Source of the DNA: Lingula anatina
Taxonomy: Eukaryota; Animalia; Brachiopoda
Reading direction: 5' to 3'
Assembly (NCBI GenBank): GCA_051362555.1
Contig: CM120640.1
Span: 69,046,788-69,110,787 of the forward strand
Length of the DNA stretch: 64,000 nucleotides
Shown here: piece after piece, positions 55,961 to 64,000 of the stretch
Layout: every line of letters begins with the position of its first letter
How positions within the stretch are numbered: position 1 is the first letter of the stretch
Notes under the pieces: model-generated
Database searches by the model: none
What the model was told of the DNA's origin: nothing
What the model saw: the letters and a program-made list of their open reading frames with translations, nothing else
Translations under genes and position numbers: made by a program

Positions 55961-58417
55961 ATTGTACCACCAGCGTTAGCGCTGGCGGTACACATGGTTT
56001 CGGTCCCGTCCGGATCGTTCCGCCGGCTCCGCCGGACGGCTACCGTTACCGCTTCTCCTCCTAGACGGTAAGGGCCCCCGTACCCATCTCATGGATTTAG
56101 GTCACCTATAATCTCAACTCGTTCCACGTAAAATTTGGGCTTTGTCGGTATTGGGGTCTGGGTGTGGCACTCATTGCAATGCACCCTTGTCTAAAAATGG
56201 CAAAATTAAATGCTAATTATCTACCCTACGGAAGGAGTTATGGGAAAAATTTCTATAGACGGCTTTCCAAAAGTCATATGTGTAGATTTCAAATATACCC
56301 TTGGATTTGACCTTTGACCTCTACTTCAAGGTCAAATGGGCCAAAATTTTCAAAAAAATGAAATTTTTTACGAAAAAATTTTTTTTTTCCCTGTTATTCA
56401 GACACCACACAGACTTAACCAATAATATTATTGGGAAGTGTTACCCTTCAGGTCATCTTTCATCTCCATGAATTTGGGGTCAATCGGTGCATTTTCACGG
56501 GAGTAGCGGCCATAAGATACCGAAACTGAAAACTGTCTCTAATTCGGGAACCGTTAATGCTAGAGACCCATTCTTTTTTGCATTTTGTAGAGCATGTAAA
56601 GCCCAACACTGGAGGTGGTCTCGGTTTTTTTGTATTCCATACGGTTTTCGAGTTACGCTGTATCAAAAAGTACATATTGGTGGTAAAAGCAAAATGTGCA
56701 GTACGGTAATGGATAATAAATTTTGAACTCTGGAAAAATAAAATATAAGGCTTGGCAAAGCAGACAACTTGTGTTCAAAAATGACATTATTTCATCAAAT
56801 TTGAACTTCTGAAACTTCAGAGCACCTCCTATTTCAAGAATTTTGACCAAAATGACATTTTCTTTATTTTAATTAATTTTTTCTGTACGAAATTTAAGCC
56901 ACATTATGGTGACTCCAAAATTATAACATCTAGTCCCTTATATCTCAAAAACTGGCAGAGATAGGTCCATAGTTACTATTGAAGTTGAATAGGAAGTCAT
57001 ATACTGGCAATCTTACTATGACCTTGAAATTGACCTTTGACCTACTTTTCACCATGAACTGAACTTTGCAAATTTTTCTTCCCTTTTATCTCCAAAACTG
57101 GCAGAGATAGGTCCATAGTTACTATTGAACTTGAATAGGAAGTCATATACTGGCAATCTAAATGTGACCTTAAAATTGACCTTTGACCTACTTTACACCA
57201 TGAACTGAATTTTGCAAATTTTGCTTTCCTTTTATCTCCAAATCTGGCAGAGATAGGTCCGTAGTTACTATTGAACTTGAATAGGAAGTCATATACTGGC
57301 ATTCTATATGTGACATTAAAATTGACCTTTGACCTACTTTTCACCATGAACTGAATTTTGCAAATTTTGCTTTCCTTTTATCTCCAAAACTGGCTGAGAT
57401 AGGTCCGTAGTTACTATTGAACTTGAATAGGAAGTCATATACTGGCAATCTAAATGTGACCTTAAAATTGACCTTTGACCTACTTTTCGCCATAAACTGA
57501 ACTTTGCAAAATTTGCTTCCCTTTTATCTCCAAAACTGGCAGAGATAGGTCCGTAGTTACTATTGAACTTGAATAGGAAGTCATATACTGGCAATCTAAA
57601 TGTGACCTTAAAATTGACCTTTGACCTGCTTTACACCATGAACTGAATTTTGCAAATTTTGCTTCCCTTTTATCTCCAAAACTGGCTGAGATAGGTCCAT
57701 AGTTACTATTGAACTTGAAAAGGAAGTCATATACTGGCAATCTAAATGTGACCTTAAAATTGACCTTTGACCTACTTTACACCATGAACTGAATTTTGCA
57801 AATTTTGCTTCCCTTTTATCTCCAAAACTGGCTGAGATAGGTCCGTAGTTACTATTGAACTTGAATAGGAAGTCATATACTGGCATTATAAATGTGACAT
57901 TAAAATTGACCTTTGTCCTACTTTTCACCATAAACTGAAGTTTGCAAATTTTGCTTCCCTTTTATCTCCAAAACTGGCAGAGATAGGTCCATAGTTACTA
58001 TTGAACTTGAATAGAAAGTCATATACTGGCAATCTAAATGTGACCTTGAAATTGACCTTTGACCTACTTTTTATCATGAACTGAACTCTGCTAATTTCTT
58101 TCTCTTTTAACTTCAAACTTGACAGAGATAGGTCCATAGTTACTCTTGAACTTGAATAGGAAGTCATATACTGGCAATTTACTGTGACCTTGAAATTGAC
58201 CCTTGACCTACCTTACGAAGAACTTAAATTTGATTGTACCATATATATTTTTTGCAATAGTTAAAAAATTCTTGTTGATTGCATTTTTACAGCTTGTCAA
58301 GCACAAAACTGGTGGCTGTGTCCCTTATTTTGTGTATGTGGGGGTCTATACAAATGCGTTTGCTCCAGCTGGTGGTACAATATTTGGAGGCGGTATCGCC
58401 TCTCTGATCCTCTAGTT
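55961..58417 (+). mobile_element. Helentron/HINE-like element carrying a 146-bp satellite array
   Basis: The 5' subTIR ATTGTACCACCAGC has a nearby inverted copy GCTGGCGGTACA and a GC-rich simple tract. The 3' subTIR GCTGGTGGTACAAT (58368-58381) is followed by the hairpin GAGGCGGTATCGCCTC (58387-58402) and CTAGTT. Confidence 0.85.
56935..58210. repeat. Tandem array of about 8.7 copies of a 146-bp monomer
   Basis: CTGGC[A/T]GAGATAGGTCC recurs at 56952, 57098, 57244, 57390, 57536, 57682, 57828 and 57974, with a degenerate copy at 58118. Confidence 0.97.
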
Positions 58418-59344
58418 ATTTATTTAAGTTTTATGTTTAAACAAATTTTTATTTTCAGCAGTTTCCAGACCAAGAAATGGAGATGAAATAACATGACTGT
58501 TGTAAAAGAGACGTGAAAGGTTTCAAAATTAGATTCTCTTCCTGGTTGGCAACATAAGATCCTGACATGGTGTGTCTTACATTCATGCAAATCACTTGTG
58601 AATAAATGTTAATGAGCCTTGTAAGTCATATAGAAGTCAAATACAATAATCTTCAGCATGTTAAAAGTGGCATCCACTCATGCTTCTACCCATTATATAG
58701 TAGGCATCCACTTTTGTTTCTGCTACATGAAGTATTAAATTTAGTAGTAGTTTTTTTAAAAGTAGTACTTTGTTAGTCATATGCATTTTTACTACTAGAA
58801 ATATTGTGTTGGTGGCATTATTTGGAGTCTCACTTTATGTTGTATTTTTTTTTTTTTTTTTTTGCAGCGGGGTACTGGTATGACGATGTGATAGAAGATG
58901 AGGTCCTCCAGCTCCTGTTTATTCCACTGTGCCCAGGAATGGACTGAAACGAGATGCTAAAGTGCGAAATTGGGATGAAAAAAAAAAATCAAATTTCATC
59001 CCTCCTAGTTGATATCTGAATAAACTGTATGTGACTGGTGCACCTAACTTCATTGTGTTCCATTTCTTATGCTACAGCCAGATTCTGTTAGTTATAACAA
59101 TGGTTTAGATATAAAAGTATGGCTGCATAGCAGGCACTATTGCTAGATGCTAAGGAAAGATTAGAAGAGGAATAAAACCCAAACCTCAATGGGACCAACA
59201 AATGAAAGTTAACATTATTATTGCATTGTTTTGTACACCACAATTTTGTAATGAACAAACGCATTTATGATAAAGTTTGAAGTTAAAAGGCATAATATCA
59301 ATTCCATACCATGTATCCGAAATCGTATGTACAATTTAAATAAA

Positions 59345-59350
59345 TTTATT
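59345..59350 (-). terminator. Candidate polyadenylation signal of the WHAMM/JMY-like gene
   Basis: TTTATT on + (AATAAA on -), about 670 nt past the stop codon. Confidence 0.4.
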
Positions 59351-60020
59351 AAATTTTAAATAGGTGTATTATACTGCTCACTCTGTATCACTCACAAGTA
59401 TGATCAAATCTAACATGAGCACCTAAATATATTTCACTGGTAAGAAATAGTCTTGACACAAGAATCTGTTATTATTTGCTTAGCACATACGCAATTAACA
59501 AAAATGTATTGCTTCTTAAAAGTAATTTGCTTCTCAAAAAGACTGGACATGTTAAGGCATGATTTACCAGCCCAGTCCTTTCTCAGGGGATCTTAATCAC
59601 ATCAATAGGAGCTCCAAAAATTCCTCTTCACACTAAGGAATGACAAACCTATCTCACTGTGTCATGAATTTGTGTACCTGCAATCCTCAAAAACATTTTT
59701 TAAAAGGTCAGCAAAGAAAACAACCTGGTGCATGAGCACAAAAATGGCAACATCTCAAATTCTTAAATATAAAAGGGGTTGGTTACCTTAAAAATTTAAT
59801 GTATAAATATGGCCCCATTCAGAATAGTGGACTAACTAGTCCAAAGGTCAAATATGGCAACCCACTTCAAAGCTCTCTGTCTAATCCGCTAATAAACACT
59901 GGGAAGTATTGAAGTGGGTCGTCTGTACCTGACCCTCGGACTAATTAATCACCTATTCTGAAGAGCCCCTATAATTTTAGATGATATTTCAATTATTTCA
60001 ACAGCAATACATCTTAATAA

Positions 60021-63000
60021 TTAGTCAGAGTCTTGGAAACTCCCCACATCAGAACCATCATCATCTTCATCTGATGAAGGTGAGCTGAAGTGTTCAATTG
60101 TCTTTAATGCGCTAGCCAACAAATCCACGTGAGAGTCACTTGGCGACTGTATCTTTTCTGGCTCCTCTGCTTTGTCTTTTTTTGTATGTCTTAGCTTGAC
60201 TCCTACCTTTATCAGATTCATCAATTCATCATGGGGGGTAGTGGAGTGTGACGCTAGAATTGCAAAGAATTTTTTTTTCAAAGACTATACTTAATCTGAT
60301 GGTATCTGTTTGTTAATGAGCAGCAATTCTGTTAATAATACAGAAATGAAATTAATGATAATTCTTTTTGTTTTTTGAACATATGTTTTGTCTGGCTTTG
60401 ATAACAAGAAGAAAAAACGTGGAAAAAATCCAATTTTCTCAAAATTGGGGTAAGTCATGCTTGTAAATTAAAAAAAAAAATTTTTACCTCTTCTTTATAT
60501 CATTTGTTTCTAATGTCAATATTGCACTGTCTAATTACAAAGTTTTTCTACTGTTTACAAACCTGGTTTGGCAATGGGACGGTCTGCAGCCTTCTTGAGT
60601 CTTTTTAGCTGCGACGAGATGATCTGCTCGTCAATTCTGTGTTCTCCACCTGTGCTGGGGGACGTGTTCTTTTCAGCTGACTTGAGTGTCACATTGGCTA
60701 ACTCAGCCAAGAGGTCTGAGGGAGAGGGTTTGGCAGTAGAGGGAGATGGCCCAGGGGCAGAAGGCTGACCTGGGGGTGGTGGTGGTGGTGGGGCTGAGGG
60801 TGGTGGTGGTGGTGGTGGAGGAGGAGGTGCCATAGGCGGGGGAGGAGGTGGAGGAGGAGGAACAGGTGAAGTAAGAGAAGGAGAATTCTCCTGAACTGAA
60901 CTAGTTTTCAATTGTGGACTGACTCTTGCTGGTATCCTTTCTTTCTTTTGTGACTCTTTTCCTGCATGTGCCACAGGTCTTTTCCCTGTTTTCTGACTGC
61001 TGCTTCTAGACCTGGGAGGAGTGGCTTCTACATTTGATGACTGTGAACCTTTTCTCCTTGTTGGAGGCTGGTACCTTGGGGGCTTGATTGTGTCAGGTGT
61101 CGGGTACTTCTAAAATAGAGTAAAACACACTTACATGGAATGAAATTAACTACTAATTATAGAGTAAAATAATTTATACTGAAATGTTTGACACTTACTA
61201 TAATTACCTAGATTCCAGTGATGCTTTCGAAAGATAATGTTCCCGTTTTCTTTTGCATTCATGATAATTTAAAAGGTTTATTTTATCTTATAATGATGAA
61301 ATTTGAAAGCAAATGCACACAACTACAAAAGCTTTTCTTTACCATCTTGTAACTTTTAAGTCTTTGGATTGCCTTTTTCCTCTCTTCGTCAATAAATTGT
61401 TGCTTCTTTTCTTCTTCCTCTTTTTTCTGATCTCTTTTCTAAGATTTATTTCAAATATATATATATAAAATATATGTACACAAGTAATATATTATCTATG
61501 GTTAGATAAATACAGGTCATATAATTACTGAATGCTATGTAGTTTGAGAACTATCAATGTGACACTGCTTGTTTTAAACCAATAATAAGAATTTTAATGC
61601 ATTAATATTTCAATAATAAATATGCAGCATATTACTCAAATATAATAATAATAATTCAAATAGAAAATATATTAATATTACTTACCATTTGCACTGCATG
61701 ATGCTGCTTGAATTTTGCATCAGCAGCTATTTTTTTCTGTTCCTTGTTAACTCTCGTCCTGTCCATACTTTTCTAAAAGAAAATGTAGCAAAATGTGCAA
61801 TTATTTCAATTGCAATTTTTGAACTACTTGATAATTTTTATGTACAATGTAACTAAAAATCCATGATACTGAAGGACAAGAATAAGAATATTACTTACCA
61901 ATTTGTTTCTAATTTGAGCTCTCTTTTTGAAAATATGGCTCAGTTTTTCTCTCAAACTCGCCAGATGTGGGTCTTCATTTCTTTTTGGTTCCACTTCTTC
62001 ATCTGAACTGATCTCTTCTATGTCTTCAACAGCATCAAAGAAAGTCACCTCTTCCTCAGCATCTAGACCAACCAAAAATAAAAAAAGAACCATAATGTCA
62101 ATTCTAATTTAGCAAAAGATGTTTAATATATTAGAAAGTTTAATATATTAGAAAAGTAACACACACATTTCACTCTTTCACACCAATTTAGTTAGGTGCT
62201 ATTGAAACACACATGTGTAGCTGGATAGCACATCTTCGCTCTGAAGACTTACTCTGGCAATTATGCTGGAAAACCAGTACCTGTTAGTTCTTTTTTACGC
62301 ATATCCATTCTTATTCTGTAAAGTGCTTCTTCCTTCTCCAAAATGGACATTTCAGCCTTGTATAAGTTTTTCTGGCATTCAAATGCTTCTCTTTCTAGCC
62401 TCTGGATGTCTTGTTTTGCCGTGGGCCCCTCCTCTAAGCTGGCTATCTAATAACAGAAGAATTTGAAAGATGAACAATTATCCTCATGCATAGCAGCTGT
62501 ACGCCTATCTCTATTTTAAAGGGATAAGGACTCTTCGTTTTGGCCAAAAAATGAATTTTCCTGAAGTAAACAACAATTTTTTCTTACTTACCAATGGTTA
62601 ATGAATCATTTTTACATTCAAAGTTAGTCCCTAGTTTTTTTTTCTTAAAAGTTTGGTTTTTTGTTAAAACCTCTCAAGAGATTATAACCGAGTATAGCCA
62701 TCAATGGAGGTCACATGATCTAAAGACAAGCTCAGATATCAGAATAATAGATATAACTGCCGTTTTTGTGGTAAAACAGAATATATTATATTTCTATGAG
62801 TTGTTCACAATGTTTTTATTGTGAAATATAGATATCATAAGCAGAGTTATTATCCCTTTAACTTTCTACATAAATTTTTAAAGGAATCGTGGCTGTTTGA
62901 AAACTTTCACTTTCCTTATGCGTATCCTCTAAAAGCATACAGCACCATATCTTGCCTGTTCTTTAACTTTGTCCTTTTCTTGTTCTACTCTCTTTTTCTT

Positions 63001-63417
63001 CATCCTAAGCAACTGCAGCTCCTCTTGGGCCAGATCTTCAGTAATCCTGCACAAATACAAGACTAACATTTGTCACCTTTGTGTCACGTAAATTTTAGTA
63101 CTAATTTCCTAATTATCTCTAAGTTTTAACATACATAACATAGATTTCTTAGTAAATAAATCATAAAATACTCATAAAATCACACAGCATATCAATCATA
63201 AACAATGAGGTAAGAAAAACAAAAACCTGTTTAATCGTGGTAATGCCATGTCTTCAAACCCAGACTTTCCAAACCTTTTCTGGTCTTCTATCATCCTCTC
63301 TTGCATCTCTGAAATTGACCAAACTAGCTGTTAAAGACAATGTTAACCACTGTCTTGTATAATTGTATAATGTAACTGTACACATTTTAATGCTCAATAA
63401 ATTATTATAATTATTAC

Positions 63418-63475
<58 letters not shown>

Positions 63476-64000
63476 ATAATGCTCTGTGTTTATATTCCAA
63501 GGATATGTAACATCCCTTTGATTCAGAAATGAAATCGTACACACAACCATTCTCTTTACTTACAGAGAGGTAGTATGTACATGACATATTTTAAGGTTGG
63601 ACCATCTTTGAGAGTAGAACTTGAAAATGTAGAGGAGAGGTTGGTTATTTATCAAAAGAAAATATTGCTTCTCCAAAACTATTACTTCTGCTTACCATGA
63701 AAACACTTGACAGTGGTTTTATAGTACTTTTCATACAGGTCTTGAATATTATCCAGGGCACTAGAATACTGTTCCTGCCATTCTGTGAACACCTTCCTGC
63801 ATTCTGCTTTTATTCTCTCTCCTAAATCAGGATTGTGCAGTTTAATTCTAGCAGCATTTAAATGTGAATAGCCCATCTCCCTCAAGTCTAAAAAAGGCTG
63901 CAGTTGCAGATTATAGAGCTTTGCCAACACTGCAAACACTTTGTCCATTGCTTCGTCTTCTAATTTGTATGCCTGTACCATGTCAAGCAAGTTTATTGAA
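60021..64000 (-). CDS. WHAMM/JMY-family actin nucleation-promoting factor, 3' part (5' end outside the window)
   Basis: Exons: >64000-63696, 63308-63227, 63046-62941, 62446-62281, 62062-61899, 61772-61686, 61438-61343, 61109-60563, 60253-60021, with consistent phases. The coiled-coil has family motifs LQPFLDLRE, EDQKRFGKSG...LPRL, VTFFDAVE and HHAVQMKRD. These are followed by a polyproline tract, three WH2-like motifs, a connector helix and an acidic tail. Confidence 0.88.
62520..62857. mobile_element. Kolobok-like MITE with TTAA TSD, inverted relative to 52118-52455
   Basis: TTAA|AGGGATAAGGACTC...GAGTTATTATCCCT|TTAA. The internal sequence TTTTGGCCAAAAAATGAATTTTCCTG is the reverse complement of the first copy. 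Confidence 0.85.
63401..63475. repeat. (TTA)n trinucleotide microsatellite (intronic)
   Basis: Read directly. Confidence 0.97.

Noticed and set aside
57042-58167. Repeating minus-strand ORFs (MPVYDFLFKFNSNYGP...)
   Set aside because: Translations of the 146-bp satellite. The period is not a multiple of three.
63254-63550. Poly-Asn ORF
   Set aside because: An intronic (TTA)n microsatellite. The true exon 63308-63227 uses another frame.

Overview
AT-rich, intron-rich animal genomic DNA, probably a lophotrochozoan such as a mollusc (inferred from the repeat types). No prokaryotic features, RNA genes or CRISPR arrays were found. From left to right: the 3' part of an open LINE reverse-transcriptase ORF; mitochondrial Lon protease LONP1 (+, 20 exons, ~1009 aa, one GC-AG intron); synaptotagmin-4 (-, 4 exons, ~422 aa); MYEF2/hnRNP M (+, 13 exons, ~620 aa, two U12-type introns); and the 3' part of a WHAMM/JMY-family actin nucleation factor (-). 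A seemingly exact 5.6-kb tandem duplication copies the terminal exons of both convergent genes, LONP1 and SYT4. Introns carry several non-autonomous DNA transposons with visible TIRs and TSDs, including a near-perfect foldback with 427-bp arms. Helentron/HINE-like elements are also present, one holding a 146-bp satellite. I do not see a demonstrably new biological system. The best leads are the twin U12 introns at matching RRM positions, the double terminal-exon duplication, the foldback dsRNA, and the Trp-less acidic tail of the WHAMM/JMY protein. All exon coordinates were derived by hand.
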